The notes under the pieces are model-generated. The model saw nothing but the letters and a program-made list of their open reading frames with translations. It was not told where the DNA came from and did not search any database. From the IMG/VR virus record IMGVR_UViG_2529292919_000017: a stretch of DNA of 25,058 bases; one strand, 5' to 3'. Positions 1-7,403 of the stretch are shown here, piece after piece. Positions within the stretch are counted from its first letter, which is position 1. The number at the start of each line of letters is the position of its first letter. Origin of the DNA: a virus (lineage: Duplodnaviria > Heunggongvirae > Uroviricota > Caudoviricetes). Position numbers and translations under genes: made by a program.

Positions 1-210
1 TTCAACGCCGCCGTTGTTGGGAATATCGCGGTATTCATTGCGCCATCCTGCTTTGCCGCAAACATCGTCCAGACGTTTCATGATTGCCCGGTTCGTGACA
101 TAAGCCAGCACCATAGCCCACACCTTGCCATCGCGTGTTTTACCGCTTTGCTGTATTCGCCATTCGATATCTTCAGGGCTGAATGGCTCATCGAATTTGT
201 TCAAATCCAT
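1..210 (-). CDS. Rad52/22-family-like single-strand annealing protein, N-terminal part (gene runs off the left edge)
   Basis: ATG at 210-208 with GAGGTG Shine-Dalgarno just upstream (revcomp of 211-220). Open frame to position 1 translates MDLNKFDEPFSPEDIEWRIQQSGKTRDGKVWAMVLAYVTNRAIMKRLDDVCGKAGWRNEY... The family call rests on remembered motif pattern only. It sits where bet/exo lie in lambda. Confidence 0.45.
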   Translation of the reverse strand, partial: MDLNKFDEPFSPEDIEWRIQQSGKTRDGKVWAMVLAYVTNRAIMKRLDDVCGKAGWRNEYRDIPNNGGVE

Positions 211-218
211 AATTCACC

Positions 219-389
219 TCAGAATGGACACGGCCCAAGGAAATAACGCTGATTTAATACTTCGACTCGGGACAAATTAAGGCATACCCGCATTCCTTCG
301 CGGTCGCCATTATGGCGATACCAGAGAGCTTTCTGCGTGTACATGCGTCTCTGTAACTTGCTCTCCTTTACTGTGGTTGCAAGTGACAT
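219..389 (-). CDS. small hypothetical protein (about 56 aa)
   Basis: ATG at 389-387 with AGGAGA Shine-Dalgarno upstream; translation MSLATTVKESKLQRRMYTQKALWYRHNGDREGMRVCLNLSRVEVLNQRYFLGPCPF. Below the ORF-track length cutoff. Overlaps the alternative frame at 310..468. Confidence 0.3.
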   Translation of the reverse strand: MSLATTVKESKLQRRMYTQKALWYRHNGDREGMRVCLNLSRVEVLNQRYFLGPCPF

Positions 390-468
390 GAATATCTCCT
401 TCGTTACCGATTAATTCTTTCATCTGACGAATGAATTCTTCGTCTGAGCAGTTATCTGTAAAACTCAT
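310..468 (-). CDS. alternative small hypothetical ORF (52 aa), start overlapping the kil-like stop
   Basis: ATG 468-466 shares the ATGA with the TGA of the upstream kil-like ORF; translation MSFTDNCSDEEFIRQMKELIGNEGDIHVTCNHSKGEQVTETHVHAESSLVSP. Mutually exclusive in part with 219..389; I cannot decide which is real from sequence alone. Confidence 0.25.
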   Translation of the reverse strand: MSFTDNCSDEEFIRQMKELIGNEGDIHVTCNHSKGEQVTETHVHAESSLVSP

Positions 469-617
469 TTCCTGCGATACCACGGAAGGTTGATAGCTGA
501 TTTCATCGCTTTATTTGCTTCAAGCCACATTTTGGAATCACCAATAAATCTGGCTATTACTGCTTTGTTCTGTGCAGCACGAAGCATCTGGTGATTGATG
601 GCTATTTCATTGCGCAT
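465..617 (-). CDS. Kil-like small protein (50 aa)
   Basis: ATG 617-615 with GGAGG Shine-Dalgarno (revcomp of 620-628); translation MRNEIAINHQMLRAAQNKAVIARFIGDSKMWLEANKAMKSAINLPWYRRK. The FIGD-KM motif and the position downstream of cIII recall lambda Kil, from memory. Confidence 0.45.
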   Translation of the reverse strand: MRNEIAINHQMLRAAQNKAVIARFIGDSKMWLEANKAMKSAINLPWYRRK

Positions 618-736
618 AACGCCTCCAGTTGTTTCTTTGCTGCTCTGATTAATTGTTTAACTCGGCGTGATAATTCAGATTCGTGCGGGTAGAAAGCGGA
701 CATGACGCCGCTACCCGCGAGCTGAAAGTGCATCAT
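602..736 (-). CDS. cIII: cIII-like protease inhibitor (44 aa)
   Basis: ATGATG at 736-731 preceded by AAGGAG; translation MMHFQLAGSGVMSAFYPHESELSRRVKQLIRAAKKQLEALCAMK has the same pattern as the central region of lambda cIII. The ORF track extends it to 811, but the internal start has the strong Shine-Dalgarno. Confidence 0.6.
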   Translation of the reverse strand: MMHFQLAGSGVMSAFYPHESELSRRVKQLIRAAKKQLEALCAMK

Positions 737-811
737 GGGTAACTCCTTATATTTGATTGCATAACGAAAACGCCTCGAGTGAAGCGTTATTGGTATGCGG
801 TAAAGCCGCAC

Positions 812-1180
812 TCAGGCGGCCTTGATAGTCATATCATCTGAATCAAATATTCCTGATGTATCGATATCGGTAATTCTTATTCCTTCACTACCATCCATTG
901 GAGGCCATCCTTCCTGACCATTTCCATCATCCCAGTCGAACTCACAAACAACACCATATGCATTTAAGTCTTTCGAAATTGCTATAAGCAGAGCATGTTG
1001 CGCCAGCATGATTAATACAGCATTTAATACAGAGCCGTGTTTATTGAGTCGGTATTCAGAGTCTGACCAGAAATTATTAATCTGGTGAAGTTTTTCCTCT
1101 GTCATTACGTCATGGTCGATTTCAATTTCTATTGATGCTTTCCAGTCGTAATCAATGATGTATTTTTTGATGTTTGACAT
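812..1180 (-). CDS. hypothetical protein, strongly acidic (many D/E, especially the C-terminal third)
   Basis: 122-aa ORF in the track; ATG 1180-1178 with GAGGAT Shine-Dalgarno; lies in the pL operon between N and cIII. Confidence 0.6.
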   Translation of the reverse strand: MSNIKKYIIDYDWKASIEIEIDHDVMTEEKLHQINNFWSDSEYRLNKHGSVLNAVLIMLAQHALLIAISKDLNAYGVVCEFDWDDGNGQEGWPPMDGSEGIRITDIDTSGIFDSDDMTIKAA

Positions 1181-1200
1181 CTATTCATATCCTCATAGAT

Positions 1201-1226
1201 AAAAAATCGCCCTCACATTAGAGGGC
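1201..1226 (-). terminator. rho-independent terminator on the minus strand (tL-like)
   Basis: Stem GCCCTC (1209-1214) / GAGGGC (1221-1226) with 6-nt loop; the plus-strand A-run 1201-1206 is a U-run after the stem on the minus-strand transcript. Confidence 0.5.
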
Positions 1227-1288
1227 AAAGAAGATTTCCAATAATCAGAACAAGTCGGCTCCTGTTTAGTTACGAGCGACATTGCTCC

Positions 1289-1316
1289 GTGTATTCACTC
1301 GTTGGAATGAATACAC
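1289..1316 (-). other. 9-bp perfect stem-loop just downstream of the 156-aa gene
   Basis: GTGTATTCA (1289-1297) pairs with TGAATACAC (1308-1316); no U-run, so more likely an RNA processing or stability element than an intrinsic terminator. Confidence 0.3.
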
Positions 1317-1330
1317 AGTGCTTATTCGTA

Positions 1331-1801
1331 CTAATAAAACACCCAATTTTCTGTTTCTTGGTTGTGTCCAAAGTTATATTCAATATCTGGTGTTGATGTA
1401 TCAATATTCTTCATCCCATCAACAAGAGTTGATACAACAGCCAAATCTTGTTTGATTCTCATCAAATGGTATTTCTTTCGGCGCAATAAACTTTCAATGG
1501 CAAGTTTCTTCGTCGGGAATGCAAAAGATCTTTCTGCATTTTTTGCTACTTTCTTAATTGCATATCTATTTCTCCTTTGTTTCCATTCCTGTAACCACTG
1601 ATTTGGTGCTGGTTTAAAATTAACAATCCAATGCGCAGGAACCAACCATGCATAATGCTCTGTCTGATGAAAAGCTATATATTGAAGTGCGAATATTTTG
1701 ATCCCATCTTCTTCAACTGTCGCCTGGAATCTCCAGAAAACAGGCATTCCATCATGTTCAGTTTCTGATTCAGGAAAAGGTACGCTCCATGATTTTGTCA
1801 T
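1331..1801 (-). CDS. hypothetical protein (156 aa), first gene downstream of N in the pL operon
   Basis: ORF track; ATG 1801-1799 preceded by GAGGTGA (revcomp of 1802-1811); AT-rich coding sequence. Confidence 0.6.
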   Translation of the reverse strand: MTKSWSVPFPESETEHDGMPVFWRFQATVEEDGIKIFALQYIAFHQTEHYAWLVPAHWIVNFKPAPNQWLQEWKQRRNRYAIKKVAKNAERSFAFPTKKLAIESLLRRKKYHLMRIKQDLAVVSTLVDGMKNIDTSTPDIEYNFGHNQETENWVFY

Positions 1802-1859
1802 ATCTCACCTCAAATAAGTGGTTTGCTGCCTAATTTCATTTTCTGGCGACCAACACAAG

Positions 1860-2132
1860 TCATCTTGCTGTCAGTTGTTTGGATTTCCGGTAGCCTGCCG
1901 CGTAAAGAGCTACGTTCGGAAGACAAGTTGAGCCTTCATATTTTCTGGTCAACGTTGTCAGTGTTATTACTTCTGCTCTCATTGCTGGTTTGCGCTTGCA
2001 TTGCAAGACCACTCGAGAGGGGGTTGGTCTGTGTAGCTTGTCGGAGCTAATCGCCTCCTGACTTTGCAGGTTTGCGCGACGAGCTCTACGACGAGAAGCT
2101 GAGGTGCCTTTAAATTCTGTTTTTCTGGACAT
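1860..2132 (-). CDS. N: N-like transcription antiterminator (90 aa)
   Basis: Internal ATG 2132-2130 of the 118-aa track ORF, preceded by GGGAGGAA. N-terminal arginine-rich motif TSASRRRARRANL. C-terminus LPNVALYAAGYRKSKQLTAR resembles the P22 gene 24 C-terminus as I recall it. nutL lies in its leader. Confidence 0.7.
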   Translation of the reverse strand: MSRKTEFKGTSASRRRARRANLQSQEAISSDKLHRPTPSRVVLQCKRKPAMRAEVITLTTLTRKYEGSTCLPNVALYAAGYRKSKQLTAR

Positions 2133-2230
2133 AGATTCCTCCCGAATAAACTTTGGTGATGCAATCTCGAAGCTCCTCCTGAGACGGTTGCTTCGGCATT
2201 GCATCCCACAGCTCATGTGGTTGGGTGATC

Positions 2231-2276
2231 TGGCTTTTCAGCCACGTAGTCGAGAGTTCGACGTTGTTTAAAGAGC
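2231..2276 (-). promoter_or_regulatory. nutL (boxA and boxB)
   Basis: On the minus strand boxA is GCTCTTTAA (revcomp of 2268-2276) and boxB is the hairpin TGGCTGAAAAGCCA (2231-2244). Same boxB loop (TGAAAA) as the nutR candidate on the other arm. Confidence 0.5.
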
Positions 2277-2321
2277 CTGCCAGTCTGTTCCGTTTGGCTT
2301 CCAGCGTCCTGCTGACGGTTA

Positions 2322-2420
2322 AATAGTACGATATGTACTTTATTGGGTTAATACTATTTGTTCTAAAATAGGGTGATTTTTTATAACACTTTGTATTTAA
2401 TAGTGTTGTTTTTTAGCGTG
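2322..2420 (-). promoter_or_regulatory. candidate OL operators and pL promoter
   Basis: Inverted repeat AGTAC-GATAT-GTACT at 2325-2339 resembles the OR-side TACATATTGTA; further AT-rich dyads CTATTT..AAATAG and AACACT..AGTGTT. A possible pL on the minus strand is -35 TTAACC / -10 TACTAT flanking the dyad. Exact sites not established. Confidence 0.3.
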
Positions 2421-2538
2421 GGTGTATCGCCTCGGCGATGTAAGGAGAGATCAGAATTGCGTGGTTTAGTGAGTTGTATCTATTTATTTTTCAATAAATA
2501 CATTTGGTTATGTGTCTTTAGGTGGGGGCGTGAGGCAA

Positions 2539-2562
2539 AGAAAACCCGGCGCTGAGGCCGGG
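2539..2562 (-). terminator. rho-independent terminator ending the cI / DinD-like transcript
   Basis: Stem CCCGGC (2545-2550) / GCCGGG (2557-2562), loop GCTGAG, followed on the minus strand by a U-rich run (plus A-run 2539-2544); 9 bp past the stop of the 280-aa gene. Confidence 0.5.
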
Positions 2563-2570
2563 GTATGCAT

Positions 2571-3413
2571 TTATGGTTTTTTTTGGTCGTGCTTTGCTAG
2601 GGCTTTATGAGTTTTCTTAATGCTGCTTCTAACTTTCTGAATTTTTTCTTGGGAAAGTTTTATGTTTTCAGGGGCTGTTCCAGTGTTAGAAATCATTACA
2701 TTGCGAACAGATCTCCCTACGGTCTCAGCAGCATTCTCTAGTTGAGACTGTCCCTTCAGGTTCTGGTTTCTGATTCTTGCTTCTGTCTGTGTAATTCTGA
2801 ATATATTGGCCGCGAGCTCTTCGCTTCCCATGAAGTCAAGCATCGTTCCATCTTTTTTAGTTAGGCCTTTTCGAGCTTTCAACTGTGAGAGATTCATATT
2901 GTACATCCCACGGTAGCCCGCATTTTGAAATAGACCATAGTCGACTACTCCGTGTTTATGGGCTACATGACTGAGAGTTTTCTCTCTAGATGTAATCTCG
3001 CCACGCAAATAAACTCGATTAACTGCGTCATGGTTATGATATGTAGTGTGTATTTCTGCTGCGAGCCCAGCAAAATAAGCTTGTGCATTTGCAACTTTTT
3101 GATTGCTGATGTCACCATTCATTACAATCAGATAACAAGCGAAACGAGTTAATTTAAAGTCATTTTTCGCATTTTCTGAAGGCATCTGGATGAAGTTATC
3201 GTATACAGGGATATCGAGGCTCACACATACAGATGTAGCTTTGTTAATGGCTTTCAATATCTGATCCATGCCATTATATCCAAGCATCATCGCTAAATCA
3301 GATGCAAACCAATAGGTAACACCGTTTTCTCTAGCGAAATCATCAAATGTTAACTGTGATGTGTCATCGAAAACAGTAATTTGCCTACTCATATCACACC
3401 CGAACTTACTCAT
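2571..3413 (-). CDS. DinD-like protein (DNA-damage-inducible protein D family) in the rexAB position
   Basis: 280-aa ORF; ATG 3413-3411 with AAGGGA Shine-Dalgarno. Motifs RFACYLIVMNGD and FMGSEELAANIFRITQTEARIR match my recollection of E. coli DinD (RYACYLVVQNGD, HMGSTELAANLFRATQTEEKLR). Family call needs a search. Confidence 0.5.
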   Translation of the reverse strand: MSKFGCDMSRQITVFDDTSQLTFDDFARENGVTYWFASDLAMMLGYNGMDQILKAINKATSVCVSLDIPVYDNFIQMPSENAKNDFKLTRFACYLIVMNGDISNQKVANAQAYFAGLAAEIHTTYHNHDAVNRVYLRGEITSREKTLSHVAHKHGVVDYGLFQNAGYRGMYNMNLSQLKARKGLTKKDGTMLDFMGSEELAANIFRITQTEARIRNQNLKGQSQLENAAETVGRSVRNVMISNTGTAPENIKLSQEKIQKVRSSIKKTHKALAKHDQKKP

Positions 3414-3493
3414 CGATTTTCCCTTATATTAATATAATGTGGATAGTTTGTCGCCAACTCGCTAAAGTTATTCATTATGAGGTTTGCCATCCA

Positions 3494-4153
3494 TCACCCA
3501 AACGTCTCTTCAGGCCACTGACTAGCGATAACTTTCCCCACAACGGAACAACTCTCATTGCATGGGATCATTGGGTATTGTGGATTTAGTGGCTGTAGAA
3601 ACACCTGACCGCTATCCCTGATCAGTTTCTTGAAGGTAAATTCATCACCACCAAGTCTGGCTATGCAGAAATCGCCGGGCTCAACAGCTTGCTCTGGGTC
3701 AACCAGAATTAACATCCCGTCAGGAAAACTAGGTTTGGAACCTGTTGGGGCGGTCATTGAGTTACCTTCAACCTCAAGCCAGAATGCAGAGTCACTGGCT
3801 TTTTTGGTTGTGCTTACCAATCTCTCCGCATCGCCTTTGGTAAAGGTTCTGAGTTCTGGAGAGAACATCCCAGCCTGAACATGAGAAAAAACAGGGTACT
3901 CATATTGTTTTTTAACTGGGGCCGATGAGTATTCGCCAACAGGTGAAAATGTCCCGTCGTGGTTGAATGATATGTTATCAATACCAAGGTATTTAAACAC
4001 CACACCAATATCACTAAGAGATGGATGACGAGATCCGCGCAACCAGTGTCCAATCCCACCCTGCGTCATACCTAGCTCTTCGGCTAACTTCTCTTGAGTT
4101 ATGCCGAGCTCTTTCATTCTGGATCTAGCCAGTTCATACCATTTCATTTTCAT
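3494..4153 (-). CDS. cI: cI repressor: lambda-type C-terminal LexA-like (S24) domain with a non-lambda N-terminal HTH domain
   Basis: From [25 protein letters not shown] to the end (…[17 protein letters not shown]) the protein matches lambda cI as I recall it, apart from one residue; the N-terminus [37 protein letters not shown] is different. Start taken at ATG 4153 or 4147; the longer track ORF (to 4315) would overlap cro and is unlikely. Confidence 0.9.
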   Translation of the reverse strand: MKMKWYELARSRMKELGITQEKLAEELGMTQGGIGHWLRGSRHPSLSDIGVVFKYLGIDNISFNHDGTFSPVGEYSSAPVKKQYEYPVFSHVQAGMFSPELRTFTKGDAERLVSTTKKASDSAFWLEVEGNSMTAPTGSKPSFPDGMLILVDPEQAVEPGDFCIARLGGDEFTFKKLIRDSGQVFLQPLNPQYPMIPCNESCSVVGKVIASQWPEETFG

Positions 4154-4263
4154 GTCCTTATTATTACGCTCTGTATTGCAACCATCCATGCACAATGTGT
4201 ATTTTTGCTTGCATTCAAAAAGTACATATTGTATTTTTTCTTCATGGTTACTATGGAGGGCAT
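4154..4263. promoter_or_regulatory. OR region with divergent pRM/pR and candidate operators
   Basis: Intergenic between divergent cI and cro. Dyads CACAATGTG (4191-4199) and TACATATTGTA (4223-4233). pR candidate: -35 TTGCAT (4209-4214), 17-bp spacer, -10 TATTTT (4232-4237), with the second dyad in the spacer and -10. Confidence 0.55.
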
Positions 4264-4479
4264 ATGAGCAACCTACGAAAATATCGAGAGTCACTGAATA
4301 TCTCTCAAACAACACTTGCTAAGGCAGTTGGATGCACACAGGGAGCTATCGGACATTGGGAATCTGGTCGTCGCTTCCCAGACCTTAAAACATGCCGTGC
4401 TCTTGTTGCGTGTCTAAACAAGTTAGGCGCAAAAGTAAGTCTTGATGACGTGTTCCCGCCGGAGCACAAAGCCGCTTAA
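4264..4479 (+). CDS. cro: Cro-like HTH repressor (71 aa)
   Basis: ATG 4264 preceded by GGAGGG; translation [71 protein letters not shown] is an XRE-type HTH. The track ORF from 4195 overlaps the cI start. Confidence 0.75.
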   Translation: MSNLRKYRESLNISQTTLAKAVGCTQGAIGHWESGRRFPDLKTCRALVACLNKLGAKVSLDDVFPPEHKAA

Positions 4480-4489
4480 TAAGCGGAGC

Positions 4490-4534
4490 CGCTCTTTGTA
4501 ACAACGGACATTCGTCCTACGTCGCTGAAAAGCG
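4490..4534 (+). promoter_or_regulatory. nutR (boxA CGCTCTTTG, boxB hairpin CGCTGAAAAGCG)
   Basis: boxA at 4490-4498 is close to lambda boxA CGCTCTTA; boxB stem-loop at 4523-4534. A perfect inverted repeat CCGCTTA/TAAGCGG (4472-4487) straddles the cro stop codon. Confidence 0.55.
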
Positions 4535-4620
4535 AGCCCCAAGATATCTGACCAACTAAGGCCATATGCGTTTCCACGCATACCTTTCAACTAACTATTC
4601 ACTATTGGAAATCTTAAGAA

Positions 4621-4917
4621 ATGGAACAAACAAGTTACAGCAAACTATCACAGCGTGACGTTGATCGCGCAGAAACAGATTTACTCATCAACCTGTCAAC
4701 GCTTACCCAGCGTGGTCTGGCAAAGATGATTGGCTGTCATGAATCGAAGATAAGCAGAACGGACTGGCGGTTTATTGCTTCGGTCTTGTGTGCTTTCGGA
4801 ATGGCATCAGACATCAGTCCAATTAGCAGGGCTTTTAAGTATGCGCTTGATGGAATCACAAAGAAAAAACGCCCGGCGGCAACCGAGCGTTCTGAACAAA
4901 TCCAGATGGAGTTCTGA
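4621..4917 (+). CDS. cII: cII transcriptional activator
   Basis: 98-aa ORF; C-terminus KKRPAATERSEQIQMEF is identical to lambda cII as I recall it; central HTH region LAKMIGCHESKISR. Confidence 0.9.
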   Translation: MEQTSYSKLSQRDVDRAETDLLINLSTLTQRGLAKMIGCHESKISRTDWRFIASVLCAFGMASDISPISRAFKYALDGITKKKRPAATERSEQIQMEF

Positions 4918-5297
4918 GGTCATTACTGGATCTATCAACAGGAGTCATTATGACAAATACAGCAAAAATACTCAACTTCGGCAGAGGTAACTTTGCCGGA
5001 CAGGAGCGTAATGTGGCAGATCTCGATGATGGTTACGCCAGACTATCAAATATGCTGCTTGAGGCTTATTCAGGCGCAGATCTGACCAAGCGACAGTTTA
5101 AAGTGCTGCTTGCCATTCTGCGTAAAACCTATGGGTGGAATAAACCAATGGACAGAATCACCGATTCTCAACTTAGCGAGATTACAAAGTTACCCGTCAA
5201 ACGGTGCAATGAAGCCAAGTTAGAACTCGTCAGAATGAATATTATCAAGCAGCAAGGCGGCATGTTTGGACCAAATAAAAACATCTCAGAATGGTGT

Positions 5298-5378
5298 ATC
5301 CCTCAAAACGAGGGAAAATCCCCTAAAACGAGGGATAAAACATCCCTCAAATTGGGGGATTGCTATCCCTCAAAACAG
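5298..5378. repeat. ori-lambda iterons (O-binding sites), the fourth cut by the IS
   Basis: ATCCCTCAAAACGAGGGA (5298-5315), ATCCCCTAAAACGAGGGA (5318-5335), ATCCCTCAAATTGGGGGA (5342-5359), ATCCCTCAAAACAG (5365-5378) continuing as GGGGA after the IS; AT-rich ori segment follows at 6940-6985. Confidence 0.75.
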
Positions 5379-6928
5379 CTGTCTCTTGATCAGATCTCCT
5401 GATCAAGAGACTTCATCACCAGGTAACCCTCAACCATATCCTGAAGTCTGAACCAGCCATCCCACATGACTACCCAACCGGGGCGACCGGTGCGTTTGCT
5501 GTCATGCCATCGCCCCAGTTTCGCCAGTTTCAGACAGGCCCATTTCAGTGTCGGCATCTGTGACGGAAGCGGTTTTCCTTCCAGCTTAACCCACAGCAGT
5601 TTCCACTCTGTCGGCGTCAGTACTTTCTCACAGCTGTCATTTTGTGTTTCTTCACTGATACCGCCCTGCCGCAGGCCCAGCACCCGCACCGCGATAAACG
5701 CCTTGATAACCACCATGCGCTCGAGGTTATCCCGGGTCTGCATTCGCAGCGATTCCACACATGTACCACCACTTTTCCACGCCTTGTGGTATTCCTCTAT
5801 CAGCCAGCGTCGCTCGTAATGGCTGACGATACGTCGCGCATCGGCGGCACTCGCCACTTTTTCTGACGTCAGCAGATGCCAGCAGGCGCCGTCCTCTGCC
5901 TGCTCCCGGCAACAGACATACGTGAGCGGGAGCGCCTGGCCGCTGTTGTCGGGATTTTTTATGCTGACTTCGCTGTAACTGATGAACATCCGGGCCTGGC
6001 GGGCTGCCCGCCCGCCTTTTTGCATCACATTCAGCGTGTGGCTTCCCGCAGTTGCCAGGACTTCCGGCAGTTCGAAGAGCTTGCCGGGTGCTTCTTCCAG
6101 CCGGCGATTCTGTGCTGCACGCACCACGAAGCGCTGCCCGTGGCTGACTTTATAATGCAGGTAATGCCAGATATCCGCTTCCCGGTCACAGACAGTGATT
6201 ACCCGTTTCTGTATCTCCCCCAGCCGTTCGGCCATGCGCTCCGAAGCCTGCTGCCAGCGGTAACTTTCTTTTTCTTCATAGGGACGTTCTTTTCGCTGGT
6301 GCTTAACACCGTAGGTGTCCGTGGCACGACTCCAGCGCTGCTGTTCGATAAGACCGACTGGCAGGGCGCTGTCGGGGGCGTACATCAGGACAGAGTGAGC
6401 CAGCAGCCCGCGCGTCTTCGGGTTAGTGGTGGTATTCCCCAGGTCATCAGATGCCGTACTGTGACTGAAGTTAATGGTGGTGGTGTCTTCCAGCGCGAGG
6501 AGCAGCGGATGAGCCTCACATGCCCTTACAGTGGCGGTAAATCCGGCTTCGGCAATGGCTTGCGGGGACACAGACGGGTTACGTATCAGGCGGTACGCAC
6601 CTTCAACCTGAGCAGTGGACTGGGATGATTTCACAATAGAAAGACCTGCATGCTGAGCGAGAGAAGAGGCCAGTGACACAAGGCGTCGTGTACGACGCGG
6701 ATCACCGAGACGGGCATGTCCAAACTGCTCGTTAGCCCATGAATAACAATCAGAAAGTACCATAACAGACCCGAAGAAAATGAAATATAAGAGAAGATCA
6801 ACGGGTGAGGAAAAAGTTCAAAAAATCGCTGCCGGGGAGGAAGGAAACTACCGGATGGAAAGAGTCCCCCTAAAGCAGACTGACAGACATCACAAATCCC
6901 CGGGTGGGGATTTGTGTATAAGAGACAG
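5379..6928 (-). mobile_element. IS50-like insertion sequence (IS4 family)
   Basis: Left end CTGTCTCTTGATCAGATCT (5379-5397) is identical to the Tn5/IS50 inside end; right end reads CTGTCTCTTATACACAAAT in revcomp (to 6928), close to the IS50 outside end. Flanked by direct repeat CAAAACAG (5371-5378 and 6929-6936). Confidence 0.85.
5390..6763 (-). CDS. IS50-like DDE transposase
   Basis: 457-aa ORF; N-terminus ...LGDPRRTRRLVSLASSLAQHAGLSIVKSS...EGAYRLIRNPSVSPQAIAEAGF parallels Tn5 transposase (LGDPRRTARLVNVAAQLAKY...EGAYRFIRNPNVSAEAIRKAG) from memory; C-terminus reaches the inside end as in IS50. Confidence 0.85.
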   Translation of the reverse strand: MVLSDCYSWANEQFGHARLGDPRRTRRLVSLASSLAQHAGLSIVKSSQSTAQVEGAYRLIRNPSVSPQAIAEAGFTATVRACEAHPLLLALEDTTTINFSHSTASDDLGNTTTNPKTRGLLAHSVLMYAPDSALPVGLIEQQRWSRATDTYGVKHQRKERPYEEKESYRWQQASERMAERLGEIQKRVITVCDREADIWHYLHYKVSHGQRFVVRAAQNRRLEEAPGKLFELPEVLATAGSHTLNVMQKGGRAARQARMFISYSEVSIKNPDNSGQALPLTYVCCREQAEDGACWHLLTSEKVASAADARRIVSHYERRWLIEEYHKAWKSGGTCVESLRMQTRDNLERMVVIKAFIAVRVLGLRQGGISEETQNDSCEKVLTPTEWKLLWVKLEGKPLPSQMPTLKWACLKLAKLGRWHDSKRTGRPGWVVMWDGWFRLQDMVEGYLVMKSLDQEI

Positions 6929-7403
6929 CAAAACAGGGGGACACAAAAGACACTATTACAAAAGAAAAAAGAAAAGATTATTCGTCCGAGAATTCTGGCG
7001 AATCCTCTGACCAGCCAGAAAACGATCTTTCTGTGGTTAAACCGGATGCTGCAATTCAGAGCTGCAGCAAGTGGGGAACAGCAGAAGACCTGACCGCCGC
7101 AGAGTGGATGTTTGACATGGTGAAGACCATCGCGCCATCAGCCAGAAAACCGAATTTTGCTGGGTGGGCTAACGATATCCGCCTGATGCGTGAACGTGAC
7201 GGACGTAACCACCGCGATATGTGTGTGCTTTTCCGCTGGGCCTGCCAGGACAACTTCTGGTCCGGTAACGTGCTGAGTCCGGCCAAACTCCGCGACAAGT
7301 GGACCCAGCTCGAAATCAACCGTAACAAGCAACAGGCAGGCGTGACAGCCAGCAAACCAAAACTCGACCTGACAAACACTGACTGGATTTACGGGGTGGA
7401 TTT

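Noticed and set aside
1362-1601. 79-aa hydrophobic plus-strand ORF inside the 156-aa gene, considered as a sieB-like exclusion gene
   Set aside because: Fully embedded antisense in a gene with a good start and Shine-Dalgarno; hydrophobicity is expected from reading an AT-rich gene backwards.
3494-4315. Full 273-aa version of the cI ORF with a 54-residue N-terminal extension
   Set aside because: The extension would run across the OR operators and into the cro start; the lambda-like repressor begins at the internal MKMKWY, so only 3494-4153 is called.
5876-6628. 250-aa plus-strand ORF in the six-frame track
   Set aside because: Lies entirely antisense to the IS50-like transposase gene; typical shadow ORF in a GC-rich coding region.
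6780-7010. 76-aa plus-strand ORF spanning the IS right end
   Set aside because: Out of frame with O; crosses the IS terminal repeat and the ori AT-rich region; the lysine-rich tail is the O-frame sequence read in the wrong frame.
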